A stretch of 63,848 nt of DNA, the filler included, from Octopus bimaculoides (Eukaryota): the NCBI RefSeq assembly GCF_001194135.2. It is 7 parts of 7 records of this genome, joined end to end, with 100 filler letters (N's around TTAATTAATTAA, not from the genome) between each part and the next. Parts side by side here need not be neighbours in the genome. Positions count along the whole stretch, not along the records: positions 26,111 to 39,017 come from NC_068989.1; positions 39,118 to 45,915 come from NC_068983.1; 5 more parts are not named here. One strand, 5' to 3'. The translations under genes and the position numbers were made by a program. Positions 26,927 through 41,050 of the stretch are shown here, piece by piece. The number at the start of each line of letters is the position of its first letter. Position 1 is the stretch's first letter. Below the pieces are notes generated by a model. That model made no database searches, was not told the DNA's origin, and saw only the letters and a list, made by a program, of their open reading frames with translations.

Positions 26927-29009
26927 TTCATGCACATATACATACATCATTAGTTCTCAAGCACATAGATATACATACATAAATGCATATGCGCTTGTGC
27001 GTATATGTGTATTTTTCTGTATGTGTCTTTATTATTTCTGTGAAAGTAAATATGCCCTACTCGATTTCTGATGATCCTTTTGATGGAAACTCTTTGGGAT
27101 TTTCTTCCTAGATATTAGGCATTTATTATTGTGTTGTCTCTGTGCCTCAAACCAAACACTGTACTAAGCAGTTTAAAATACATGTTTCTGCCAAGTTTTA
27201 AGAAGAGGAGCAAATATCAAACTTCACATAATCTTATTCATGTATCATTAGGCTAGCAGTTATCAAATACAAATATCTGTATATAAGGATATTACAGTTG
27301 CTATGCTTTATACTTCAATTGCATGTTGACCTTCATTAAAATGACACATAATTATGAGCAATCTTGTATTATTTTCAGAGATGGTATAACTAGGACATTA
27401 TTCAGTGTGTCTTTCCTCATTCAAGACAGTTGTGCTTAAGTTAAAAATCATTTGACAGATATTTCTAGCAAGTCTACAACATCTACAAACAGCAATGTAT
27501 CTCATAATGGCCATGCTGTGATGATGAAAAGCAGCAGACAGATCATTAACTTTAATACTATTAGGTTTTAACACTTTAAATTCGAGGCATATATATATAT
27601 ATGTGGGGGGAGGGGAGGTAAAGAAGCAGAAACTATAAAGTTATAGTCAACCTTTTCCTCGTAGTATGTACCATACTAAAAGTTATAGCTGAGTAATCTT
27701 TCAATTTAATGTTTCAATGCTTTTATATATTAATTTGACATAAAAACAAATTTTGTGAGTGTGTTTGAGCGCGCGCGTGCGTGTGTGTGTGTGTATATAT
27801 ATATATTTCAGGAGATCAATTTCTAGTTGGTTATATAGTGATTATGGTTTCACATTCAAAAAGTGCATAGCCTTGTAGACGAATTGTTAAACTCTAATGG
27901 CCACGGACATGTAATCTCTATGGACAGACCATATAATTAACTCCCTGTAAATACATTAATTCACTAACGTTTAGCGTGTGCTTCTTTTTCTGATATATGA
28001 TCCAACGACGTTATATATAGGAATATTAGTTTAAGGCTCGGGAAGAATGTAAACGCTTTTGATGTTTTGAGTCTAAGCTCTTCGACCAAAAAAAATTGAG
28101 GTGGGGGGGAAAACGGAGAGTGAATGGAAGAAAACGGAGAGAGAGAAAATGTGTAGGGATTAACGGTATAATGTATATCAATACATGTAGTTTTTGTCCA
28201 TATGAGTAATTTCATACATGTATACATGTGTGTGTGTGTGTGTGTATACACATACACATATGAGGAAGCGTTCTTTAAATGTATGCAATGTAAAACATGA
28301 GTATGCATGACTTCTAGGATATTCATTTACGACGTTCTCCAACAAAAGCAAAAATAAAAGCATAACAACAATAACTATATAAATTAAGTGATAAATAAAT
28401 GCATTAATTAACTATTGCATTACTGCGTTCTACTTGAAAAGAAAATTTTAGGCTTTGGGATTTATCTCCCTTGTGGTATATTAGAGTTATCTCCCTTAGC
28501 ATAATGTCTTTTTTTTTTTTCCATTAAATCTTTCCACGATGTGCATCTTTGAAAAGGTTAGGATCATAAAGTAAAACATAATTTAGGAACAAACCACAGG
28601 TAAAACATCTTAGGACATTTTAGTAATTTTATTTGCCATTTTCAATATATACATAATGACTAATACACATACAAGCCGCCACGCTTTCCAATAGGCAACT
28701 AAATACTGTGACCATATAATTTTACTGTACGCTTGAGTTTGAAATTGCACCAGGACGTCGAGACTGCTGTAGACAGAAGTAAACTTACATACAAAGGTAC
28801 ATACTTACATATATACATCTATGCATACATATGTACACATATGCATATATATATATATATATATATATANNNNNNNNNNNNNNNNNNNNNNNNNNNNNNN
28901 NNNNNNNNNNNNNNNNNNNNNNNNNNNNNNNNNNNNNNNNNNNNNNNNNNNNNNNNNNNNNNNNNNNNNNNNNNNNNNNNNNNNNNNNNNNNNNNNNNNN
29001 NNNNNNNNN

Positions 29010-29257
29010 CCAAAATTACAGGTAAAAACTCAATTAAAATCAATTTATAAAAAATTAAAATTAAACTGAGCTTTACAGATGAGTTCATGAACATTGGTTC
29101 TTTTCCCTAAAACTATATATATATATATATTAGGGACAAAATCCAAAATTACAGGTAAAAACTCAATCAAAATCAATTTATAAAAAATTAAAATTAAATT
29201 GAGCTTTACAGATGAGTTCATGAACCTTGGTTCTTTTCCCTAAAACTATATATATAT
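29010..29257. repeat. Two-copy tandem duplication, about 133-bp unit
   Basis: CCAAAATTACAGGTAAAAACTCAA...CCCTAAAACTATATAT starts at 29010 and again at 29143 with a few substitutions; abuts an N gap. Confidence 0.9.
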
Positions 29258-29927
29258 ACTTACAGCATGCATACATATACATACATATATTGGTCTCATA
29301 TAGAATGAAGCCTGAGATATGTAAGGAAACAGGTATGGAGGAATTTGTAAATAAAAGCCCAGAAATAGAAACTCGGTCCACTACAAACAACACACTCACG
29401 GAGACAAATTAAAGCATCGAAAAAGAATTTAACTGGATCACGCATTTTTTAATCACTAGTCGTTTGTCTCTCTCTACTCAGTGGTGCTCGCCCCTACATA
29501 ATTTACATATATCCATACATATATGTGTGCAGATTTTAATTATTATTTTTCCTGTTCTCTATGAATCACAAGCTTGGCTAGATTGTAATTGTTTCTACTA
29601 TGCTTCTCTACAAGCGTTTATATGATTCATTAGAACGTGTTTCTGTGTGTATTTTTCTGTTAGTTCACTAGAGCGATAACGTTATAACTATATGCTTGTG
29701 TGCGTCATATGCATGCTGCCGTTAATAAACATAGGTTGAGATAGTAGAGACAACTGTAACGGTAATACATGGGAGACCAGGTCGCAAAAGAAACTTCACA
29801 ATAGATACTGCTATTAAAAAGGAGGGAATATAATAGTTTGTTTCGTCTCATATGGTAATAATGATTGTAGCTGTTATTTCATTCATTCAGTCGTTCATTC
29901 ATTCACACACACGTACACACGCGCACG

Positions 29928-29965
<38 letters not shown>

Positions 29966-31466
29966 GACAAACACACGTACGTACATACATCTACACACAT
30001 GTGCGTGTATGCAAGTCAAAAGAAGAAACAATCCTTTGATGAATTGGTTGCTGCTAATTATGAATACTGAAATATTTAGAAAATGCAAACTTTTGACATT
30101 TAGCTGTTTCTTTAATATCTTTTTTTTTTTAAATGTACACTGTTTCCCCATATTTTGGTATATCAATTTTATTATTATTTCTCTGTGGATTTGGCAGAAA
30201 TGTTAGAGCCTTGGATAAAATATTTTGCAGCATTTAATTGAGGTCCTATGCATTTTGAGTTCAAATCTAGCTGAGATAAACTTTGTATTTCATTCCATTG
30301 GCGTTGATAAAACGGGATACTATTCTTGCACTGAGGACAATGTAATTAACTGTAATTAATTAGCCATTTCCCTTCAAGAAAATGCTGGCCATGTACCTAT
30401 GTTAGTAATAATAATTATTATTGTTGTCATTATAGGTGATATAAAGTTTTTATTGCATTTTAAAATGCTTTATAGACTGAACAAACAGTATATACATTAA
30501 TATTACAGGACTGTAAAATTTTTGAATGAGACTTTAATGAAAAGTATGTAACTCATTTTAACATATTTTTAATATCTATATCTAATTATGGTGCAAGTCA
30601 TAGTCCAAATGGTGGTGAACAACTGTTTGTATATATCAAAAATAATGTCTTTTTATATGTCCAGTCTGTTTGTCTGCGTCTGTCTCTCTCTCTATATATA
30701 TATTTATATATGTGTGTGTGTATGCATGTTATTGTGTGCACACTCCTTCATACATACATACATACACACACACACACGTGTTTGTGATGCTGGCTTTAGT
30801 AAAGTAGAGTCAGCTCTTTTGCAAGCATTAAGACCAAGTCTTTGATTTCTTCTGTCCAATCCCAGCCAGGCTCAGAGACTCTTCAAAAGGTCTTGAATGC
30901 TGTTTTTCCTTCACTAACTAAGCCAGCCATACTGTACCCAATTACATTAATCCTACTTCTTATCAACTAGTATTTACCTATTTGATCGCCCTTAGATGGT
31001 AGTAAAAAGCTATGAGTTAACTCGGGTGTGACTTGAACTCAGAACTATAGCTAAAGCCTGAATTAGCATAACCTGACAAAAATCACAAAGTTTTGTGACA
31101 GCTGCATTACTAACTGGACTTTACTAAAGGTGCAATTCTGTACAAGTTTTTAGTTGGATCCAATGAAACTACATTGCTTTGTTTTTTACATGAATATATA
31201 TATATATATATAGATAGATGTATATATTAACTTATATGTAGTCCTTGTCATATTATTTCCTATCATGATAATTCTTTGAGTAAGTAACTTATTGTGTCTA
31301 TGATATGCAGCTTTTAGTGATGAATTCTGAACATATGTTGTTTTATATATATGTATTTATAGAATTTGTTCATGTGTCTGAATTTTATGCTTTTGTAATT
31401 GAATATAATGAATACATGTTTATTATCTATAGCATAAATATCACCAATTATTACTGTATTCTTTTA

Positions 31467-31599
<133 letters not shown>

Positions 31600-31722
31600 G
31601 GGTCACATGGCTTAGTGGTTAAGATGTTGCACTCATGATCTTAAGACTGTGGTTTTGATTCCTGGATTGTTGTGTTCTTGAGCAAAACACTTCATGTTGT
31701 TCCAGTCCATTCCACTGGCAAA
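31600..31722 (+). mobile_element. tRNA-derived SINE family C head (CpG-eroded)
   Basis: CACATGGCTTAGTGGTTAAG...GGTTTTGATTCC...TTGAGCAAAACACTT: A-box/B-box-like head. Confidence 0.65.
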
Positions 31723-32024
31723 ACTGCTTAATCCTGCTTTTTGTCTAGTGGGGGATATATATATATGCCATAGAATCCAAGAAACCAATCTTATGATTGG
31801 GAAAGCCCTTAAGGTCTATATATATATATATATATATATATATTCTAGCAAACACATGTATTGTTTTATCTTTTAATGAGTGAAAGAATAGGCAATACAT
31901 GTAATATGTAATAGAATTTATCTATTTGGAAGCTGCTACTGATTCATCATATGTTTCTAATTAAATAGAAACATTTGGAAGAAAACTGCAAAATTTATCA
32001 AACTGTAAAATGCCTTTCACAAAA

Positions 32025-32110
32025 AGAGTCAGAGAAGAATATTAAGGATTTTGTACAAAGATGTTAGAGACAAAGATATCTTAAGAAGAGCAGTGTTATG
32101 AAGATTCCAA
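32025..32110 (+). mobile_element. Possible RTE LINE post-RT fragment
   Basis: QRRILRILYKDVRDKDILRRAV resembles the RTE motif LRRIL.I.W.D.V.N.E.LRRA. Confidence 0.35.
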
Positions 32111-32524
32111 AACAGAGTGAAGTTTACAACTGGCTGGTCTTGTTCTGCTACAGCCAGATCACCAGAAAACATAGGAGAATAAACATGCAACCTGTCAAGA
32201 ACACTGATAGAGAACTGGTGTATTATATGCAAACAGGAGCAAGATAGACTAATAAACCTAAACCTAAATATCATCATATCTCATAAAACAAGCCCATTGG
32301 TGTCATCTGTAGGTGGCAGCTAACTATGATTGATTGCTAAAGGTAACATATATATATATATATATATATATACACATGCATTTGAGTTCTGTCTGTAGCA
32401 TTGATCTATCTTTAGCTTTTGTCATCTCTAAAGAAGAAAATCTCTGTCATCCCTTTAAAAGTACCATCTAAAGCCATCGCCTGCAATACCATCATGTCTA
32501 AATGCATTGCTATTTCGTAAAGCC

Positions 32525-32830
32525 TCCCTTCGATCACAATTGACCATGGGATTGCACCTAGTAAGTCACCCTCTGAGGCACAGGTCTGGGCAAGGTTGTT
32601 TTGTAGAAGACCAACATTTGCCCATTCACACCACTGTCCATGCCACTAAAGTTGTCCAAGAGAAAGGCAAATGCTGATGTTGCAACTCATAGATTCTACA
32701 GCTGAGTGAACTAGAGCAATGTGAAATAAAGTGTTTTGCTCAAAAACACAACATGCAGCCTGGTCTGGGAATTGAATTCACAACCTCACAATTATAAGCC
32801 TGACACTCTAAACCCCTGAGCCATGTGCAT
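32525..32830 (-). mobile_element. SINE family C (CpG-eroded)
   Basis: CAGCTGAGTGAACTAGAGCAATGTGAAATAAAGTGTTTTGCTCAAAAACACAAC...GGGAATTGAATTCACAACC...CTGAGCCATGTGC is the reverse complement of a family C head. Confidence 0.7.
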
Positions 32831-33959
32831 TGCTATTTACATTTACAGTATTTAATGATTTCTATCATTGACACAAAATCACAAATTTTGACATAAATTG
32901 TTATTTAAATTAAACTCTTCAATAGTCAAAGCTATTATAATCAATAACAATACAGCTCTAAAATAACCAATTAAGTCAACAAGTTCTGGATTGGTATTTT
33001 GGAAGGATTAAGAAGTAAAGTTGATGTTGCCATGATGTGAACTCAGGATGTAAACAACCATAATTAAAGTACTACAGGCGTCTTGTCCAATGTGCTAACA
33101 AATCGGCCAATTACCCTTTAGCACACTACATTTTCTCTAGAATTATTTCCCCTGCCACTGCCCTGTTACTACAGGGAAGAAAACTCATACAGCGACATGA
33201 TACACCTACAGTGTGTTAAAGGTTAACTGTTAAAAAATAATGATAATAATTTCATCATAGCCACAAGGTTTCAACTTGAGTGAAGGGAGCAGTCAATGAT
33301 AAGTCTCAGTGCTTGACTGGTCCTTCATTTTATTGAGCCCCTTTTCTGGAAGAATGAAAGGCAAAGTTGAACCATGCAAAATTTGAAACTGGAACTTCAG
33401 AAATTAGAGTAAATATCACAACATTTTCTTGGGTGCTGCACTATTTCTTCTATCCATAATAGCAATGATTTTATTTCTTAACAACAATAATATTATATTG
33501 TAATAATGGACTGGGAACTGATAGAGTCATTCCCTAGAATGCCTCTGTATTCAAATTCTGTTTAAGTCAACTCTGTCTTTCAAGCTTTTGTAGTCAATAA
33601 ATATAGTGCCAGTCCAGGGCAGTGAATGGGCAGAATTGTGTGAGCATCAGACAAGATGCCTTATGGTACTGCCCAAATTCTGTGTGCTCTGAGTTCAAAT
33701 ACTGTCTAAAGATTCAATCATAGGATACCAGTTGATTATGAAAGTTTCAATAGATGGGGAGGACTGTAGCCGTCTGCTTCTGCAGATAATGATAATGATG
33801 ATGATGATGATTAAGTGATGATAAATTCTAGGAATTGAGCTGAGAGAAGACGAGAAAGAATGAGATTAAATAAATGTTGTTATTGAGTTCCTAAAACCCT
33901 AACAACCATGAGAGAAATGTGTTTAACATTTGATTTTCAGTCGATACCACTGTTATAAT

Positions 33960-34500
33960 GTGGAATTACTTTGAAAAGAACAACTTGGTTGATAAAACCT
34001 AGATTAATTCCATCACATGGTTTAACATCACTATCTGGCCCTTGGGTCCTTAGGTGCTTCCACTGAAATCCACTCTGTTATAAGTATTTAGAACATGTTT
34101 CAAATCTGAAGACATCTTATAAAACATGGTCTCTTTTACCCTGTGAATCCTTTTGCATATCTCCTGTCTCAGAGATTCTGGAAAGATTAAGAGCACAATC
34201 TTCCTGTCTCCTACTAATCTGTACGAAGTGCTGTATAATACCAATAAGTACCAGAGAGCAGTTTGTAAATCTTTGGAGAGTATTCATTAACCTTAAATAT
34301 CTCTATGCCTTCTTGCCTTGTCAAGCTATATTGTATTATATAAACCATCTTCAACACATAGCTTCATCAGTGGTATTGTAAATTCCATCACAATTCTAAA
34401 AACGCTGTATTCTTCACGATGTCTACAGTCCACAGTTGTCATCTTTATCCTCACAATCATCTCCTGCACTGTTCTTCCAATCTTTCATTAACTGAACTCT
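33960..34500 (-). mobile_element. Gypsy-type LTR retrotransposon pol remnant (integrase N-terminal region)
   Basis: LVGDRKIVLLIFPESLRQEICKRIHRVKETMFYKMSSDLKHVLNTY resembles GDRIVIP.SLRQEIL..IH.GH.G...YWPGMS.DI. Heavily decayed. Confidence 0.5.
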
Positions 34501-35172
34501 GGTCATGCTGGAGCACTATATTTTCTCTATAGGGTATAGAGATTACATTGACATCATTTCTTATGATTTTTATAATTTATGTATTTTTATTGACCTCAGA
34601 AGGATGAATAAGTTAAACGGACTAAAAAGTAATACAAGGGATACAACCAAATATTGGCCATGTATCTTGTCTGAGACTTTAATATTTCTACCAGTCAGTG
34701 TTCTTGTCAGCATTGCCATTTTTGGCACACATTAGTGCCTTCATTATCATATACAATCATCATCACTGTCATTATCATAAAACTTCCTTCTTGATTTTCA
34801 AATCACTCCATCTCAGTCTTGCTACCATCAATATCATCATCATCAACAGTACATCAGCACCACCATCATCAGCATCACCATCATCACAACTGCTTCCACC
34901 CCCTCACCACAATCTGTAATAGCTGTTCATCTTTGGAATGAATGTTGCTATTGAAGAGGCAATGGCAAAAGGTTTATCAAATCACACATACATACATACA
35001 TAGATACATAAGCATACATATAAGTTTAAATATATATGTACATGTATGTATGCATGTATATATATTCATATGTGCATGCACAAAACACATGCATAAACAC
35101 ACACACACATATATACACATACATACATACACATACATTATGTATATATATATATAAATATATATACATAGA

Positions 35173-35213
<41 letters not shown>

Positions 35214-35920
35214 AGAGAGAGAAAGAGAGAGTGAAATAGGTAGATAGGTGTATCTGTATTTATGTATGGATGTATAACCAGACTTTAAAACTTTATCATC
35301 AACTTATACCTGATTCTCAATTAAAATTTTTATATAATGGCTTTTACACCTTGAAAACAACCAGTCCATTGAGAGAGCACAGAGTAAAATGCACATTTAA
35401 TATGACTGAGGCTGCGTTACAAGAAGGCTTCAGAAAATTGTAAAAATGAGAAAGAAACACTTTCAAATCATAGACAAAATATTAGTATTTCTAAACTCGG
35501 GAAGATCTGTAAATGGGAAATAAACTTGGTAGCGCACTATTTGAAAAACATATATGAAACAGATACACTGTATATTTATGGATATACTCACACATATGCA
35601 TATATGTGTGTGTTTATGTGTGCAGATGGTTTGTGTGAGTTCCCATCTGTGTTTATGTGTGCCTGGCTGTACATATACAAACGTTTGTATTTAATTATTT
35701 GAATTTAAACCCTAAATTAAGGAAATGCAAGAAAACCGTTGCAGCTCCACAATAAATGAATAAATAAATAAAATAATTAATAAATAAAAGTAAATAAATG
35801 GAGTAAATTATTAAAAAAAAAAAAAATTGTTTTACAGTCATTCCGTGTTTCATTCTTTGGTAGTTTCAAAACGTGTAAATGATTAAAGATTTATACACAC
35901 ATCTACATACACTGCTTTTC

Positions 35921-35951
<31 letters not shown>

Positions 35952-36077
35952 GTCAGATATACACATGTACACACAAACAGGAATACCTACAAATTTGCCT
36001 TACTGAAAGACACATACTGACTCCAAACTCAGTTTCTGTCACACTAATTATTATTATTATTATTATTATTGTTATTA

Positions 36078-36300
36078 TTATGGCAAGCTGTCTGAATCAT
36101 TAACACATAGGATAGAATGCTCAATGGTATTTCTTCTGGCTCTTTATGTTCAGAGTACAAATTCCACTGAGGTCAACTTTGCATTTCTATCCTTTCAGGG
36201 TCAATAAAATAAAGTACAAGTCAAACACTGGTGTTAATATAACCACTACTCTAAGGTAAATGGGAAATAACTTGATAGCCAAGTGCCAAAATTTAAAAGA
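36078..36300 (+). mobile_element. SINE family A, CpG-eroded copy
   Basis: GGCAAGCTG..GAATCATTAACACAT...ATGTTCAGAG...CCACTGAGGTCAACTTTGC; positions that are CpG in the 23422 and 47080 copies read CA or TG here. Confidence 0.8.
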
Positions 36301-36340
<40 letters not shown>

Positions 36341-36742
36341 GTAGTAGTAGTAGTAGTAATCACAGTAGGTCTAGTAGCCCAGACACAAAAAGAAATGTAC
36401 TTTCTGTTGCATGGATATTTATTATCAATGCAGTTTATCTATTTATTTATTTTTTTTGTTCTTATATTTTTTAATCATTTAAGATTTGCTTTCAAATATA
36501 TTCTATTTCAGTTTTTAATAGTCTTTCCATTTAAAGGAGAAACTCATTAGCAAATCGCTAATGAATAGAAAATTATTAATCGTACAGGAAATATAAATGA
36601 TGCCAGAAAATTATGCTTTTACACATATATTTCTCTCATTTCTGCTCTTTCTCCCTCTTTCCTGTTTCTCTCTCTCTCTCACTCACTCCTTCTTTTTCTC
36701 TCTCTCACTCCGTCTTTCTCTCTCTCTCTCACTTTCTGTTTC

Positions 36743-36795
<53 letters not shown>

Positions 36796-37002
36796 CAAAG
36801 GTATTATAATATACATATATATTATGTATATAGCATTAAATACATATATATCTTATATATATATGTATATCATACTACATGCATATATGTATATTATATT
36901 ACATACATATGCATATATATTCTTCAATTTGTGAGGCACACACCATTTTAGTTTCAATAAAAAGTCTATATCCTCTACAGCAAGTATTGACTCATTTGTC
37001 CA

Positions 37003-37035
<33 letters not shown>

Positions 37036-37571
37036 TTCTATTAGCTGAAGCCTGAAGTTAAAATGTATTAATAGACTACAGTACTTTGCTTATTATTGAT
37101 TATATATTGCCGAAACAGCACTTGTATAATACCAGTATAACATATAATATGTGTACTTCTACATCCAACAGTGTACATGTAAATACTTCATTAATTAAAT
37201 AACATACTTAATTCTTGTGATTTTCTTCAGTAACACTGTGAAACAGTTTCTTCTATGTCTATATTCATTAACCACTTTCATTTATGCCAACTGATTTAAA
37301 CATGTTTTGTTGAAGAGCATTGCCCAGTTGGTTTGAAAGACACCAAATCTACTCCACTCAGCGATTGTTATATTGCTGAAAAACTTCAATCAACTGATCT
37401 TCTTTGAGTTATCTCCCATGCTTGTTAGTTTTATTGTTGGTTTTTAGACTTGAAAATTAATTGCTTAGATAATTTCAGTTGATTGAATGGGTTCAACTCA
37501 TTTTATTACACATGTGACACCCTCTCAATGTAATAAGCATTTTTCCCTCTCATTTCCTCTCTTTACATACA

Positions 37572-37644
<73 letters not shown>

Positions 37645-37674
37645 TTATCTATCTATTTATCTGTCAGTTTAACC

Positions 37675-37719
<45 letters not shown>

Positions 37720-38158
37720 TGTATGTGTGCAGATATAAGCATGTAGATTTGTACTTAAATATTATGGTGGCATGCCTTATTGTTGTTAGTAATCCTTGCC
37801 TGAAATCACTGATGCAAAGGCTCTTGTCCTGAAGAATATATCTATATATATATGAACACACATATACACGCATACATACGTATAAACACTTTCAAACATT
37901 AAAAAGACTAAAAATGAAAAGCAAAACTGAATGAGACAAAACACAGAACATACAGCATAATATGGAATAAAATCACCCCCCCCCCATAAAGCTGACAACA
38001 ATAACAACAACATAAAATACAATATCAAAAAAGAAATCAAACAAAAAGACAAAAACATATTTTGATAATTTATCAAAAACAAGAGAGGGCAAAATAATCT
38101 AAGAAAAAAATACCCAATAATGATAATAATAATGATTTGTTTTTAATAATCATAATAA

Positions 38159-38487
<329 letters not shown>

Positions 38488-38635
38488 ACAAGGAAATCCT
38501 GCATTCCTATTTTGATAGAAGACAGATGATCTGTTGAAATATTGTTCAAACGATTAAATAAACAATCTATTACAAATCTACATCACGCTCATCTTATTGT
38601 CTATTTACCTTCATGTACAGTTATGTAAATCTTTA

Positions 38636-38667
<32 letters not shown>

Positions 38668-38951
38668 GATCTCCTTTAATAATAATAATAATAATAATAA
38701 TGATAATAATAATGATAGTAATAATGATTTCTTTTAATAATAATATTAATAACAACAGAAAACAAAAGCATTAAAAAATTCTTTTGAATAATATGAATCT
38801 GAGAGCTGACTATATTCTTATGTTTAGCAACATCGTTAGTACAGATTATGCAGCACTGCAAATGTAATTAATCTTATCTGTAAACTTGACAACAAAAGCC
38901 AAAATATAGTCTGTACATATATGTATATGTGTGTATGTGCACATAAATGTG

Positions 38952-39004
<53 letters not shown>

Positions 39005-39291
39005 GTATTTATGTATANNNNNNNNNNNNNNNNNNNNNNNNNNNNNNNNNNNNNNNNNNNNTTAATTAATTAANNNNNNNNNNNNNNNNNNNNNNNNNNN
39101 NNNNNNNNNNNNNNNNNATGGTGTTTTGGGGTTCGAAGATGGTCTGATTTTGATGTAACACCTGTGTTTACGATCGCTGTGCGGGTAGTGGAGGTATCAA
39201 GTTAAAATACATCATTATATTATTATTATCATTATTATTATTATTATTATCATTATTATTATTATTATCATTATTAATATTATTATTATTA

Positions 39292-39346
<55 letters not shown>

Positions 39347-39363
39347 CATTATTATTAATATTA

Positions 39364-39451
<88 letters not shown>

Positions 39452-39622
39452 CGTCATTATCTAATTCGATGTCTTTCTCAATATGAACCATTCGTGTTTT
39501 ACTTAAATATGGTACATTTATTTGTTCGAATATCTTGGCTTATCTAAATGCTCAAAGCTATTCAGATTGAGAATATATATTTTTTGTTACACTTCTTGGT
39601 TCAATCCTTTTGTTTTTCTCAG

Positions 39623-39645
39623 CTTTGCGTGAAGAGTCCTCTATG
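39623..39645 (+). CDS. Candidate 23-nt exon (xLREESSM), in frame with the next two candidates
   Basis: Strong acceptor CCTTTTGTTTTTCTCAG but weak donor ATG|GTAGAC; ends on a codon boundary compatible with the exon at 40059. Confidence 0.25.
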
Positions 39646-40058
39646 GTAGACTAACAAATTGAATAGTAATCTGGCCTTGGCCTCTCTTTTTAATACATGT
39701 AATCTCAGTGGTTTAGGATATAAAATATATAATCCTCATCGTAACGAAATGTCTAAATTTATATTGACAAGATCGGGCAGTAGCTTCTTTTGCCTTTTAA
39801 TTCTGAATGTGAACAACGACCCATTATAATTGCAAAAGCTGGTATATCGCATTGAAGGTATTGCTTATGGTTTCATAATTTACCATATTTCTCCTTACTT
39901 TTTTATACTTGAGTTTTGTGTAATAAATATTTCTACTCCATGACGGCAGGGAAATATGTCACGCTTTGAATAAATGGCTTAGATACTTGCCGACATTATA
40001 TTGAATATCTCTTTTTATTAAGCCACTTTATTTATTTATGTTTTGCGTTCATTATCAG

Positions 40059-40103
40059 TTTGGTTGTTGCTTGAGAAGGAAGTGCTGCAGGAAAGGCACC
40101 GAT
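40059..40103 (+). CDS. Candidate penultimate coding exon FGCCLRRKCCRKGTD (Cys/basic cluster)
   Basis: Acceptor TTTTGCGTTCATTATCAG, 45 nt open in phase 0, donor GAT|GTAATT; splices in frame to 40227 across a 123-nt intron. Confidence 0.5.
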
Positions 40104-40226
40104 GTAATTATTTTAGCTATAACTGAGATGAACTGGGAAAATTGTAGGAGATAGATGTTAGAACGCTGCAAGCTATAATGGAAAGAGGAAGTTATTTTTT
40201 TCTTCTTTCTTTCTCCTGTTTTGTAG

Positions 40227-40328
40227 AGTAAGTGGATGCTGAAGTTGCGAAAGGTTACAAAAGAAAAATTGGCGGCTAGGAACAGTAAATTAAAGAAATC
40301 TGAAGAGAACATTAAATCTGGTGATTAA
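40227..40328 (+). CDS. Candidate terminal coding exon SKWMLKLRKVTKEKLAARNSKLKKSEENIKSGD*
   Basis: Very long polypyrimidine acceptor TTTTTTTCTTCTTTCTTTCTCCTGTTTTGTAG. Phase 0 is open for 33 codons to TAA; the other two phases stop within 5 codons. Product not recognised. Confidence 0.55.
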   Translation, partial: SKWMLKLRKVTKEKLAARNSKLKKSEENIKSGD

Positions 40329-40867
40329 AAGACCCATTAATTCTTCAACAGACGGAGACCGATGCTTATCAAAGCGAAGGTTTAAATGAACAGAACGTAG
40401 AGGAAATGTATCTATTAGAGCTAATCTAAAGATAATAGTTAAACCTTATGAGTGAAAATCTTTATGAAACTAGAAGTCATTTGTTACGAAAATTGTGAAA
40501 TGTCAGAATTCACAACCTGATTAGCAATTATATAAAGGCAAAATCGAAAATTCTTGCTCAAAATTTATGTACCAGAAATTAAATTTAAGAATAGGGAAAA
40601 GAAATTTAACAAATGCCGAGTACTTAAAAGATTAATCATTCTATCCGCAAAAACAGATAAAGTAACCGATGATAAGGTATCACATGATGAATGCACAAAC
40701 GAAACGCTTAATCTTGAATTTAAAATAATTTTTGATTATGTTACTCGATTCCCTCTTGATTTCCAAGTTAGATTATATATTTCATACCCAACTATTTTCT
40801 TTATTAAGATGTTATGTAGATTATAAGTAAATTATATATTTTATGAAGTCATTATAAAATAATGTAT

Positions 40868-41050
40868 TGTTACGAACGCCCGCACGCGAAGCACCTCAAC
40901 GAAGAGAGAACTCTCGCGCACGCGAACGTCGACGCTCAGTGAGTCGGGATGTTCGCCACGACTAAGCCCCGGCCGGAGCACGTAACGAAGACAACAGGCA
41001 AAAAGGAGGAAGAAATAACACGGAGACCATGCGTTGGGTAGCGGAACTAA
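40868..41050. other. Short CpG-rich island (promoter-like or LTR remnant)
   Basis: Abrupt GC/CpG-rich stretch starting TGTTACG within AT-rich DNA; no paired LTR seen. Confidence 0.4.

Noticed and set aside
27068-27095. CTGATGA...GGAAAC hammerhead-like spacing
   Set aside because: Stem II and stem III do not form properly and there is no NUH site.
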